From Candidatus Aldehydirespiratoraceae bacterium (lineage in GTDB: Bacteria; Actinomycetota; Acidimicrobiia; Acidimicrobiales; Aldehydirespiratoraceae): DNA of 64,000 bases. Under the pieces are notes generated by a model. That model worked only from the letters and a program-made list of their open reading frames with translations. It was not told the origin of the DNA and searched no databases. The first letter of the stretch is position 1; each line of letters begins with the position of its first letter. The DNA lies in NCBI GenBank assembly GCA_047639555.1, contig JBLIOE010000019.1:714-64713 (forward strand), read 5' to 3'. A program made the translations under genes and the position numbers. This document shows positions 26,921 to 35,720 of the stretch, piece after piece.

Positions 26921-29704
26921 GTGCCCAACGCCCTCGTAATCGTCGAATCCCCGGCGAAAGCCAAGAAAATTGCCGAGTACCTCGGTGATGGATACACCGT
27001 GGAGTCGTCCATCGGTCATGTCCGCGACCTCCCGCGCAATGCCGCCGATGTGCCCAAGGCGTACAAGGCGGAGAAGTGGGCCCGCACCGGTATCGACGTC
27101 GACAACGGCTTCAAGCCGCTTTACGTGGAGAACAGTGACAAGAAGGACCACATCCGGCTCCTGAAGTCACTCTTGAAGGAAGCCGACGAGCTGTACCTCG
27201 CAACGGATGAGGATCGCGAGGGCGAGGCGATTGCTTGGCATCTCATTGAGGTCCTGAACCCGCAGGTGCCGGTCAAGCGTATGGTGTTCCACGAGATCAC
27301 CAAGAAGGCGATTCAGGCCGCGATCGACCAACCTCGCGAACTCGACCGCAAGATGGTCGATGCGCAGGAGGCCCGTCGAATTCTCGATCGGCTCTACGGC
27401 TACGAAGTGTCGCCGGTGCTCTGGAAGAAGGTCATGCCGCAGCTGTCGGCGGGCCGTGTCCAAAGTGTTGGCACTCGGCTTGTGGTCGAACGAGAACGCG
27501 AACGTATGGCGTTTCTCTCCGCTGGTTATTGGGATGTGAAGGGCCAATTCGCAGCCGCCGACGGTGACAGCCGAGAATTCAGCGCCGCGCTTGCCCAGAT
27601 CGACGGAGCCCGTCTTGCGAGCGGTCGCGATTTCGGTGACGACGGTCGACTCTCGCGTGACGATGTTGTGGTGCTCGACGAGGCCGGGGCTACTTCTCTG
27701 GTCGACGATCTTGAGGGTGTGCCGTATGAGGTGCGGTCCCGCGAGTCGAAGCCTTACCGTCGCCGTCCGGCCGCACCATTCATCACCTCCACTTTCCAGC
27801 AGGAGGCGGGCAACAAGCTTGGCCTGTCCTCCGCGATGGCGATGCGGGCGGCGCAAGGTCTCTACGAGAAGGGCTACATCACCTACATGCGTACCGACAG
27901 CACCACGCTGTCCGACACCGCGCTGCAGGCTGCCCGTTCGATGATCTCGGAGCGTTACGGCAAGGACTTCTTGCCCGACGAGGCTCGTGCGTATACGAAG
28001 AAGTCGAAGAACGCTCAGGAGGCTCACGAGGCCATCCGACCCGCCGGCGACGCGTTCATGCTGCCCGACACTGTGGCTAACGAAGTGCCGATCTCGGAAG
28101 CTCGCGTGTATGAGCTGATCTGGAAGCGCACGGTTGCTTCGCAGATGACCGATTGCACGGGCGAAACCGTGCAGTTGCGGTTGGGCGCTTCCAGCTCTGG
28201 GGGCAAGGACGTCGAGTTCAACGCCACCGGCACGGTTATCCAGCATCGCGGTTTCCGTGAGGCCTACGAAGAGACCGTCGAGAAGGAGCGCGGCGCCGAA
28301 GACACCAACGTCGACGACGAACGACGGCTGCCGCCGCTCGAAAAGGGCGACGCAGCCGTCTCGGTTGCCCCGCTGGTCTTCGAAGGCCATGAGACACAGC
28401 CGCCATCCCGCTTCACGGAGGCCTCGCTCGTGAAGCGTTTGGAAGACATTGGTGTTGGTCGGCCGTCTACCTACGCGTCGATCATCGGAACGATTCAGGA
28501 CCGCGGCTACGTCTGGAAAAAGGGTTCCGCCCTGGTTCCGTCGTGGACGGCCTTCTCCGTCACCAACGTGATGGAAGGTCACTTCCCGAACCTCGTTGAC
28601 TACGCGTTTACCGCGAAGATGGAAGACGATCTCGACAAGATCGCCTCCGGTACCGAAGAGGCCGAGCCTTGGCTCACCCGCTTCTACTTCGGTGAGGGCG
28701 GCGAAGACGGCGAACCGGGTCTGAAAGAGAAGGTATCGAGCCGTCTCCCCGAGATCGATGCGCGTCTCGTCAACACCATTCCGCTCGGCATGTCGGAAGA
28801 CGGCAAGCCGGTCGTCGTTCGAGTCGGCAAGTTTGGCCCCTACGTCCAGAAGGGCGATAGCGAGGTCAAAGAAGAGAACTCCACGGCCTCGATTCCCGAC
28901 GATGTGCCGCCTGATGAACTGACGCTCGCCAAGGCGATGGAGTTCCTCGAGATGCCCCGCGAAGGGCGCGTGCTTGGGCCGGACCCGGAAACGGGGATGG
29001 ACATCTTCGCGAAGGCCGGTCGGTTCGGTCCCTATGTGCAGGTCGGCACCTTCGAGGAGTTCGACGGCACCGACGAGAAGCCGAAGTCGGCATCGCTCTT
29101 CGCGACAATGTCGCTCGAAGAGATCACGCTCCCGGAAGCGCTTGAGCTCCTGTCGCTCCCACGCACCGTGGGCGCGGACCCGGCCGACGGTGAAGTGATC
29201 ACCGTGCAGAACGGTCGTTACGGGCCTTATGTGAAGAAGGGCAAAGACAGCCGCAGCCTCGAGAAGGAAGAGCAGTTGCTCACCATCGCGCTGGAGGAGT
29301 GCCTGGTCATCCTGGCTCAGCCCAAGCGGGGCCGTGGTCAGGTTGCGAAGCCGCCGCTGCGGGAGATGGGCCCTGATCCCGAGTCGGGTCAGGAAATGAT
29401 CGTGAAGGACGGCCGCTTCGGCCCCTACGTCACCGACGGCGAATACAACGCTTCGCTCCGCAAGGGCGACACCGTCGAAGAACTCACAGTCGACCGCGCG
29501 GCCGAACTGCTCGCCGACCGCCGGGCCAAGGGCCCGGCGAAGAAGGCCAAGAAAAAGAAGGCCGCCAAGAAGAAGGCCACGAAGAAGAAGGCGACCAAGA
29601 AGAAGGCGACCAAGAAGAAGGCCGTCAAGAAAGCGGCCGCGAAGCCAACGACAGAGGCGACTCCCGACGCGGTGGCCGCCGAAACCGCTGAGGTCGCTGA
29701 GTAG
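26921..29704 (+). CDS. topA: DNA topoisomerase I with lysine-repeat C-terminal tail
   Basis: LVIVESPAKAKKI, TOPRIM ATDEDREGEAI, active-site region YITYMRTDS. C-terminal domains lack Zn fingers and end in a KKKAT repeat tail. GTG start. Confidence 0.95.
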   Translation: MPNALVIVESPAKAKKIAEYLGDGYTVESSIGHVRDLPRNAADVPKAYKAEKWARTGIDVDNGFKPLYVENSDKKDHIRLLKSLLKEADELYLATDEDREGEAIAWHLIEVLNPQVPVKRMVFHEITKKAIQAAIDQPRELDRKMVDAQEARRILDRLYGYEVSPVLWKKVMPQLSAGRVQSVGTRLVVERERERMAFLSAGYWDVKGQFAAADGDSREFSAALAQIDGARLASGRDFGDDGRLSRDDVVVLDEAGATSLVDDLEGVPYEVRSRESKPYRRRPAAPFITSTFQQEAGNKLGLSSAMAMRAAQGLYEKGYITYMRTDSTTLSDTALQAARSMISERYGKDFLPDEARAYTKKSKNAQEAHEAIRPAGDAFMLPDTVANEVPISEARVYELIWKRTVASQMTDCTGETVQLRLGASSSGGKDVEFNATGTVIQHRGFREAYEETVEKERGAEDTNVDDERRLPPLEKGDAAVSVAPLVFEGHETQPPSRFTEASLVKRLEDIGVGRPSTYASIIGTIQDRGYVWKKGSALVPSWTAFSVTNVMEGHFPNLVDYAFTAKMEDDLDKIASGTEEAEPWLTRFYFGEGGEDGEPGLKEKVSSRLPEIDARLVNTIPLGMSEDGKPVVVRVGKFGPYVQKGDSEVKEENSTASIPDDVPPDELTLAKAMEFLEMPREGRVLGPDPETGMDIFAKAGRFGPYVQVGTFEEFDGTDEKPKSASLFATMSLEEITLPEALELLSLPRTVGADPADGEVITVQNGRYGPYVKKGKDSRSLEKEEQLLTIALEECLVILAQPKRGRGQVAKPPLREMGPDPESGQEMIVKDGRFGPYVTDGEYNASLRKGDTVEELTVDRAAELLADRRAKGPAKKAKKKKAAKKKATKKKATKKKATKKKAVKKAAAKPTTEATPDAVAAETAEVAE
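29540..29634 (+). repeat. 15-bp periodic AAG-rich repeat encoding the TopA tail KKAKKKKAAKKKATKKKATKKKATKKKAVKK
   Basis: Direct reading shows aagaagaaggcgacc-type units. Confidence 0.9.
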
Positions 29705-29748
29705 TTTCCACTCAGTAACCGCGGCAGTGAGCGCCTAGGGTTCGTGCG

Positions 29749-31260
29749 GTGGGAGAAGGATCTTCGAGCAGCGCGTCCCGTATGGGCGAAGCGATGTCCT
29801 CGGCGCGACCAAGTGGTCGAATCGAGTCCTGGTTTGGCTCGCGGGAGTTCTTCCGACTTTGGATCGCCCAGGTCATCTCGGCCACCGGTGACTGGCTCGG
29901 CCTCATCGCCACGATTGCACTGGCCACGCGCCTCACGAGCGACGGCACGGAGGGAACGGCGATCGCGCTCGTGCTCGCCACCCGCATCGCACCAGGGTTC
30001 TTCCTCGCGACGGCGGCCGGTGTCATCGTCGATCGCTTCGACCGCAAGCGACTCCTGCTCGTCTGCGATGTTGGTCGTGCCGCGGTGTTCTTTACGCTGC
30101 CGTTCGTCGACTCGCTCTTCGGCCTAGTCGTCGCGTCGTTCCTGCTCGAGATCTTCACGATGTTGTGGTCGCCAGCGAAGGAAGCGATCGTTCCCAACAT
30201 TGTTCCGAAGGAAAAACTCACCACCGCGAACTCACTGAACGTGGCTGCGGCCTACGGCATGTTCCCGGTTGCCGCCGGTCTCGCGGCGCTCCTCGCCAAG
30301 GCGGCGGAGTCGTTGCCGGCGGAGGGTTGGGTGAACACCTGGCGTCTCAACGAAGAGGGCCTCGCGTTCTATGTCGACGGCCTCTCGTTTCTGCTGACGG
30401 CGCTCATCATCTACACGATTTCTTTCCCTCGTCGCACTCGAGCCGAACGTCACGGCAACGAGAAGGGCAACTGGGACCTCGGCGGTGCCTGGCGTGAGCT
30501 TCGCGAGGGGTGGCGGTTCATCGCCGTAAATCCGATCGTGCGAGCGGTCAACATCGGTCTCGGTGTGGGAATCATCGGCGGGGGCATGCTTGTGCCGCTC
30601 GGTGCCCTCTACGTCGATGAATTGATCGTCGGCGACGATGCTGATTTCAAGCTGCTCCTTTTCGCGCTCGGTGTCGGGATGGCGCTCGGTGTCGTCACCG
30701 CGTCGCTGGTACAAAACAAGATCAATCGCGCTGCGACGTTCCCCGTGGCGTTGGTGGTGGCCGGTGGCGCGCTTCTGGTGGCGTCGTCGTCGCCCTTCCT
30801 GTCGGTGGTCGTCCCCGTGATCGGCGTCGTTGGCTTTGCGGCCGGACCGATCTATGTCCTGGGCTTCACCCTTCTTCACGAGAATGTCGAAGACGAGCTC
30901 CGCGGCCGTGTGTTTTCCGCCCTTCTTGTGCTCGTCCGGTTCTGTATGTTGTTCGCGCTGGCGGTTGCGCCGCTTGTCTCGGAGGGCCTCGACACCCTGT
31001 CGAACCGCTGGTGGGACCGCGACATTGATCTCTTTGGCTTCACCATGATGGTGCCCGGCGTCCGCCTCAGTCTTTGGCTGGCATCGATCACGATTATCGG
31101 CGCCGGCCTGCTCGCGTCGTGGAGCCTGCGAGCGGGGAGTGGTGCCTATCTCGGCCGCCATCTCATGCCAAAAGACGACTCCACCGACCCGGATGAGACG
31201 TCGATCGATCTCGACGCGGCCGGCACCTCCGTTGAATCCGTGAGCGAAGACATCCTGTGA
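29749..31260 (+). CDS. MFS transporter (EntS/DUF894-like, 12-14 TM)
   Basis: FFRLWIAQVISATGDWLGLIA...DRFDRKRLL is typical of this MFS subfamily. The start is uncertain: GTG 29749 or a downstream ATG. Confidence 0.8.
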   Translation: MGEGSSSSASRMGEAMSSARPSGRIESWFGSREFFRLWIAQVISATGDWLGLIATIALATRLTSDGTEGTAIALVLATRIAPGFFLATAAGVIVDRFDRKRLLLVCDVGRAAVFFTLPFVDSLFGLVVASFLLEIFTMLWSPAKEAIVPNIVPKEKLTTANSLNVAAAYGMFPVAAGLAALLAKAAESLPAEGWVNTWRLNEEGLAFYVDGLSFLLTALIIYTISFPRRTRAERHGNEKGNWDLGGAWRELREGWRFIAVNPIVRAVNIGLGVGIIGGGMLVPLGALYVDELIVGDDADFKLLLFALGVGMALGVVTASLVQNKINRAATFPVALVVAGGALLVASSSPFLSVVVPVIGVVGFAAGPIYVLGFTLLHENVEDELRGRVFSALLVLVRFCMLFALAVAPLVSEGLDTLSNRWWDRDIDLFGFTMMVPGVRLSLWLASITIIGAGLLASWSLRAGSGAYLGRHLMPKDDSTDPDETSIDLDAAGTSVESVSEDIL

Positions 31261-31865
31261 ACGGACGACTCATCGCATTCGAAGGGGCCGACGCCTCCGG
31301 CAAGTCCACGCAAGCGCGGCGTCTGGGCGAGCGCCTCGGCGTCGAGGTCACCTTCCAGTTCGGAGCGACCAACATCGGCAGCGCGATCCGTTCGATCGTC
31401 CTTGACCCCGCCAACGATGAGCTCGACGATCGGGCCGAAGCCTTAATGATCATTGCCGACAAGGCGCAACATGTGGCCGAGATTGTTGGCCCGGCCCTGG
31501 ACCGCGGCGACACGATCATCTCCGATCGATTCACGGCTTCGACGGTCGCATATCAGGGCTACGGGCGGGGGCTCAACCTCGGCCATCTGCGGGCCACGAT
31601 GGCGTTCGCTACTCACGGCATCGAACCCGACCTCACGGTGCTCCTCGATGTGGATCTGGCGGTTGCTCGTGCTCGTCTCGGCGATCAAATCGACCGCATC
31701 GAGGGTGCGGGCGCAGAATTCCATCAGCGGGTGCGTAACGGCTATCTCGAGCTGGCTGCCGCGGATCCCGAACGTTGGCTCGTTGTCGATGCCGGCGGCA
31801 CCGTCGATGAAGTGGCCGCTCGTGTCGACGCGGCCGTCGACGGATGGTTGGATCGGTCCCCATGA
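31257..31865 (+). CDS. tmk: Thymidylate kinase
   Basis: LIAFEGADASGKSTQ P-loop, DRFTASTVAYQG, LTVLLDVD. GTGA overlap with the MFS stop. Confidence 0.9.
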   Translation: MNGRLIAFEGADASGKSTQARRLGERLGVEVTFQFGATNIGSAIRSIVLDPANDELDDRAEALMIIADKAQHVAEIVGPALDRGDTIISDRFTASTVAYQGYGRGLNLGHLRATMAFATHGIEPDLTVLLDVDLAVARARLGDQIDRIEGAGAEFHQRVRNGYLELAAADPERWLVVDAGGTVDEVAARVDAAVDGWLDRSP

Positions 31866-32941
31866 CCGACGCGAGCGTGAACGATCCATGGGCCGCCGTT
31901 GTCGGCCAGCCCGACGCTGCTCGTCGTCTCGCCCTCGCGTCGGACCAGCCGGTGCACGCCTACATGTTCGTGGGCCCGCGAGGAGCAGGGAAGCGGCAAG
32001 CAGCTGGCGTATTCGGCGGTGAGGTACTTGCGGCCGCGGACCCCGAAGGCGCCGACCGGCATCGCCGGCTCGCGGCCGGCCTGATCCATCCCGACATCGT
32101 GATATTCGCCCCGAGTGGCAATGCGCTGCGCTTGGGTTCGTCGACCGATCCGGGTGAGATCCCGGCGATTATCAAAGAAGCCAGCCGGTCGCCCACCGAA
32201 GGCACCCGCAAGATTGTTGTCGTCGACCAATTCCAGACCGCCGAAGCGGCGGCCTCTTCGGCGCTTCTGAAGCTGGTCGAGGAGCCTCCCGACAGCACGA
32301 TCTTTGTCCTGCTCGCGACCGACGTTCCGCCCCACCAGATTACGATCGAGTCGCGATGCACGCGGGTCGATTTCGCCGCCTTGTCCGCGGCCGACATTGC
32401 CGCGGTTCTGGTGGACGAAGAGCTGGCCGACGCGGAACGCGCAGAAGTGGTAGCCGCGGCCGCCAACGGCGATCTGAGTCGAGCCCGAGTGCTGGTACTC
32501 GACGATCGCCTCGCGGCCCGGCGTGATGCCTGGTGGTCCGTGCCTGATCGACTCGATGGCACCGGCGCGGCTGCGGCGGCGATGGTCGAAGAACTTCGAA
32601 TGATGATTGACGATGCGGCGACGGCACGAGTGGCTCGCCACCGCGAAGAACTCGTCGTGCTCGAGGAGCGCGAGGAGCGGCTCGGCACCCGCGGATCGGG
32701 CCGCCGCGAGATGGAAACACGCCACAAACGAGAACTACGCCAATACCGCACCGACGAAGTGCGCTTCGGTCTCGCCACGCTGGCCCGTCGCTATCGGGAG
32801 ACAATCGCCTCCGGTGATCCACGACAAGGTCCACTCGACGCCGTCGATCGAATTCGCGACACCGCGGAAGCGCTGATCCGCAATCCGACTGAGACGCTGC
32901 TGCTACAGGCGCTCTTCGTTCGACTCCCGCCCCTCGGATGA
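31862..32941 (+). CDS. holB: DNA polymerase III subunit delta' (HolB)
   Basis: HAYMFVGPRGAGKRQAA, KIVVVDQF...ALLKLVEEPP. ATGA overlap with tmk. Confidence 0.8.
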   Translation: MTDASVNDPWAAVVGQPDAARRLALASDQPVHAYMFVGPRGAGKRQAAGVFGGEVLAAADPEGADRHRRLAAGLIHPDIVIFAPSGNALRLGSSTDPGEIPAIIKEASRSPTEGTRKIVVVDQFQTAEAAASSALLKLVEEPPDSTIFVLLATDVPPHQITIESRCTRVDFAALSAADIAAVLVDEELADAERAEVVAAAANGDLSRARVLVLDDRLAARRDAWWSVPDRLDGTGAAAAAMVEELRMMIDDAATARVARHREELVVLEEREERLGTRGSGRREMETRHKRELRQYRTDEVRFGLATLARRYRETIASGDPRQGPLDAVDRIRDTAEALIRNPTETLLLQALFVRLPPLG

Positions 32942-32990
32942 CCCGATTCGGTGAGGATCGCGGGGCCGGTTTTGGTACCTTTCGAGTCCT

Positions 32991-33066
32991 GCCCGAGTAG
33001 CTCAGTTGGTAGAGCGACGCTCTCGTAAAGCGTAGGTCACGAGTTCAATTCTCGTCTCGGGCTCCA
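32991..33066 (+). tRNA. tRNA-Thr (anticodon CGU), CCA encoded
   Basis: GCCCGAG-TA-GCTC-AGTTGGTA-GAGC-G-ACGCT-CTCGTAA-AGCGT-AGGTC-ACGAG-TTCAATT-CTCGT-CTCGGGC-T-CCA cloverleaf. Confidence 0.9.
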
Positions 33067-33086
33067 CCCTCGCCCCTGGAGGTCCC

Positions 33087-33695
33087 GTGGCTGACCCGGC
33101 CACATTCGCTGAAGACGCGATGCCCCTGATGTCATCGCTCTACAGCGCGGGATTACGGATGACCCGTAATCCCGCTGATGCGGAAGATCTCGTGCAAGAG
33201 ACCTACCTGAAAGCGTTCCGCGCCTACGAACGTTTTGAGACCGGCACGAACCTGAAGGCGTGGATGTATCGCATCCTCACCAACAGCTACATCAACGACT
33301 ACCGCAAGAAACAGCGGCGGCCCGACGAGCAAGACCTAGGCGACGTCGAGGACCTCTACCTTTATCGACGTATCGGCGGCCTCGAAGGTGCGGCGCTTGG
33401 TCGGAGTGCTGAAGATGAGCTCATGGATCTCTTCGGCGAAGCGGAAGTGAAAGACGCGCTCGAAGCTCTTCCCGAGCACTATCGGCTGCCGGTTTTGCTC
33501 GCCGATGTAGAGGGATTTGCCTACAAAGAGATCGCTGAGATTCTCGACGTTCCGATCGGCACTGTGATGAGTCGACTCCATCGTGGAAGAAAGCAGCTGC
33601 AAAAGCGGTTGTATAATTTTGCCGAAGAACGACGGCTCCTTCCCGACGATCCGGAGCCAGCCAACGTCGGTGCCGACATGAGTGAAGAGTCCTGA
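33087..33695 (+). CDS. sigH: ECF sigma factor, SigH/SigR type
   Basis: [20 protein letters not shown]...[12 protein letters not shown]...[28 protein letters not shown]. Followed by a ZAS anti-sigma gene. GTG start 20 nt after the tRNA-Thr 3' end, with a GGAGG SD. Confidence 0.85.
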   Translation: MADPATFAEDAMPLMSSLYSAGLRMTRNPADAEDLVQETYLKAFRAYERFETGTNLKAWMYRILTNSYINDYRKKQRRPDEQDLGDVEDLYLYRRIGGLEGAALGRSAEDELMDLFGEAEVKDALEALPEHYRLPVLLADVEGFAYKEIAEILDVPIGTVMSRLHRGRKQLQKRLYNFAEERRLLPDDPEPANVGADMSEES

Positions 33696-33696
33696 G

Positions 33697-33963
33697 ATGA
33701 CTGACGATCCCTGCGCCGATTTCGGATCCAACGAATGCCAGCAAGCGCTGGCCGAGCTCTACTCGTACCTCGATGGCGAGCTCACCGTGCAGCGCCACAC
33801 TGTGATCCGCACCCACATCGATCTCTGCTTGCCGTGTGGCGATCGCTACGTGTTCGAGACCGAGCTCCGTCAGGTTGTGTCGATGCGCTGCCAAGACAGA
33901 GTCCCCGAGGCGCTGAGGAACCGCATCGCCGAGGCAATCCGCAACGAGATTCAAGGTCACTGA
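33697..33963 (+). CDS. rshA: Zinc-associated anti-sigma factor RshA/RsrA
   Basis: C-x...HIDLCLPCG (HxxxCxxC ZAS motif) plus an N-terminal Cys (DPCADFGSNEC). The ATG at 33697 lies 1 nt after the sigH stop. Confidence 0.8.
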   Translation: MTDDPCADFGSNECQQALAELYSYLDGELTVQRHTVIRTHIDLCLPCGDRYVFETELRQVVSMRCQDRVPEALRNRIAEAIRNEIQGH

Positions 33964-33984
33964 CGCGACATTTGTGTACTTAGC

Positions 33985-34011
33985 GGGAACGTTTTGCCCG
34001 CTTATGTCGTT
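33985..34011 (+). promoter_or_regulatory. SigH/SigR-type promoter GGGAAC-N18-GTT
   Basis: GGGAAC at 33985-33990, an exactly 18-nt spacer, and GTT at 34009-34011. The ATG at 34021 is 9 nt downstream, implying a leaderless or near-leaderless transcript. Confidence 0.5.
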
Positions 34012-34020
34012 CTCTCATAT

Positions 34021-34203
34021 ATGCGAGTCCAAGGTGAACGTTTTACGAGCATCGAACGGAACCTGCCGCGGTCAGCGATCGACCGGGTGTGTGGCGAGTT
34101 CGGCTGCATCACACAGCTGAGCGTCTACAACGAGCAAGAGTTCTGTTCGCTACACGCGGTCATGGTGGTGCCCCGAATGCGGGGCAAGGTGCTCGACGAC
34201 TAA
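34021..34203 (+). CDS. Small Cys/His protein (60 aa), probable SigH regulon member
   Basis: MRVQGERFTSIERNLPRSAIDRVCGEFGCITQLSVYNEQEFCSLHAV... (C-x5-C...C-x2-H). The track start is TTG 33994. I prefer ATG 34021 because of the promoter geometry. Confidence 0.45.
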   Translation: MRVQGERFTSIERNLPRSAIDRVCGEFGCITQLSVYNEQEFCSLHAVMVVPRMRGKVLDD

Positions 34204-34284
34204 CACCGCGACGGCCACCCAAACGAAACGAGGCGTTCACATCGTCGCCATTCGTGGGTCATACGTCTCCCGCATCGTCGCGGC

Positions 34285-35034
34285 ATGGAGACAGCGACCG
34301 CAACAGAGGTGCAGACCAGGACAGTCGATTGGGACGATGAGGAGATCGGTCGCTGGTACTGGCGGGTCCGCCACGCGACCGCGCCGCTGCATCAGCACTG
34401 GCTCAAGGTCGAAACAGTCGGCCTGGAGAACGTACCCGGTGATGGCGGAGTGATCTTCGCAGCGAACCACCTTTCGTTTCTCGACTCCGTGTTGTTGATG
34501 TACTCGACGCCTCGGCAAGTGACCTTCCTGGGCAAGATCGAGTACTTGTCTCGTCGTGCGACTCGCCGACTCTTCCCGGCGGCCGGGATGATCCCGGTCG
34601 ACCGGACCGGGCGTGGTGTCGGTCGAAGTCTCGGGTTGGCCGTGGAGCGGCTCCGTTCGGGTGAAGTTGTCGGCATCTTCCCCGAGGGGACTCGATCACG
34701 AGATGGCTCGCTCGGCGAAGGGCACGTCGGTGTCGCTCACCTCGCACTGAAGAGCGGTGCGCCAATCATCCCGGTCGGCATTCACGGGTCTAACGATGCG
34801 CTGGCGCCCGGTTCGATGGTGCCGCGTCGGTCGCCAATCACTCTGCGTTTCGGCGCCCCGATCGACCTCGGCCGTTGGTCGGGTGCTCGCCCCACCGGTC
34901 AGGTGAAACGCGAGATCACAGACGAAGTTATGTCCTCGATCGCGGCGTTGTCCGGCCAAACCGTGCCAATGCTCGCGCCGGCGCCGAAACGAGAGTTCGT
35001 GGTCGAATCGTCGACGACGGCGCTACCCCTTTAG
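34285..35034 (+). CDS. plsC: 1-acyl-sn-glycerol-3-phosphate acyltransferase (PlsC family)
   Basis: FAANHLSFLDSVLL (HX4D block) and IFPEGTRSRDG. Confidence 0.8.
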   Translation: METATATEVQTRTVDWDDEEIGRWYWRVRHATAPLHQHWLKVETVGLENVPGDGGVIFAANHLSFLDSVLLMYSTPRQVTFLGKIEYLSRRATRRLFPAAGMIPVDRTGRGVGRSLGLAVERLRSGEVVGIFPEGTRSRDGSLGEGHVGVAHLALKSGAPIIPVGIHGSNDALAPGSMVPRRSPITLRFGAPIDLGRWSGARPTGQVKREITDEVMSSIAALSGQTVPMLAPAPKREFVVESSTTALPL

Positions 35035-35105
35035 GCCGTCGACGACGGCGCTACTCCTTTAGGCCGTCGACGACGGCGCTACTCCTTTAGGCCGTCGACG
35101 ACGGC
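35011..35105. repeat. 28-bp tandem repeat, ~3.4 copies, each unit containing the 15-bp palindrome GCCGTCGACGACGGC
   Basis: Units at 35011-35038, 35039-35066 and 35067-35094, plus a partial 35095-35105. One C/T difference in copy 1. It spans the stop codons of both convergent genes (plsC 35032-35034; CMD gene 35079-35081). Confidence 0.95.
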
Positions 35106-35720
35106 CATGGCATCGAGGACGCCACCCTCGGGTGCGGCGATCTCTACGATCGGATCGTCGACGTCATCAAATTCGAGCCGTAGTGCTCGACTCATCGTGG
35201 CATGCATGTCGTAGGTGCACGTGATGTAGGTGAGCTCCAAGATCTCCTCTTCGCTGAGATGCTCTCGGAGGGCATCGAAGACCGCGTCGGGGACCCGTCC
35301 ACTCTGAAGCACGAGCGCGTCGGTGTAGGCGAGCACGGCCTTCTCGGCCGGTTCGAAACACTCGGCCACCGACCACGACGGAATTGCGGCGATCTTTTCC
35401 TCGCTGATGCCCTGCTCCCGGCTTGCCTTGCAGTGCTGCGAGAAGACGAACTGGCTGCCGCGGGCCCAGCCGGTACGGGTCTGCGCGAGCTCTCGTAGTT
35501 GCGGAGAAAGCAATCGCTTCGAGTCGCGGTAGAAGCCGAAACCGCTGACGATGTGATCGAACACGTCAGGCACCAGGGCGGTGACCGTCCACCAATCGCC
35601 GGGTGTGCCCGTGGAGGTGCCCGGTTCAGCGACCGGGTCTCGGTCGTCGAACAACATTGTGTAGAGCGCTTGGGCGAGCTCGTGGGCATCGGCTTTGTTG
35701 ACTTGACCGAGTCGGGGCAT
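35079..35720 (-). CDS. Carboxymuconolactone decarboxylase (AhpD-like) family protein
   Basis: Start MPRLGQVNKADAHELAQ at 35720 (ATGA overlap with the VOC gene stop). CMD-like core ...FVFSQHCKAS...LAYTDAL. The upstream 215 aa of the 428-aa track ORF are Arg-rich read-through and were rejected. Confidence 0.75.
   Translation of the reverse strand: MPRLGQVNKADAHELAQALYTMLFDDRDPVAEPGTSTGTPGDWWTVTALVPDVFDHIVSGFGFYRDSKRLLSPQLRELAQTRTGWARGSQFVFSQHCKASREQGISEEKIAAIPSWSVAECFEPAEKAVLAYTDALVLQSGRVPDAVFDALREHLSEEEILELTYITCTYDMHATMSRALRLEFDDVDDPIVEIAAPEGGVLDAMAVVDGLKE

Noticed and set aside
35011-35105. 28-bp repeat array as a mini-CRISPR
   Set aside because: The units are directly adjacent with no spacers, and no cas genes are present. 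It is a simple tandem duplication.
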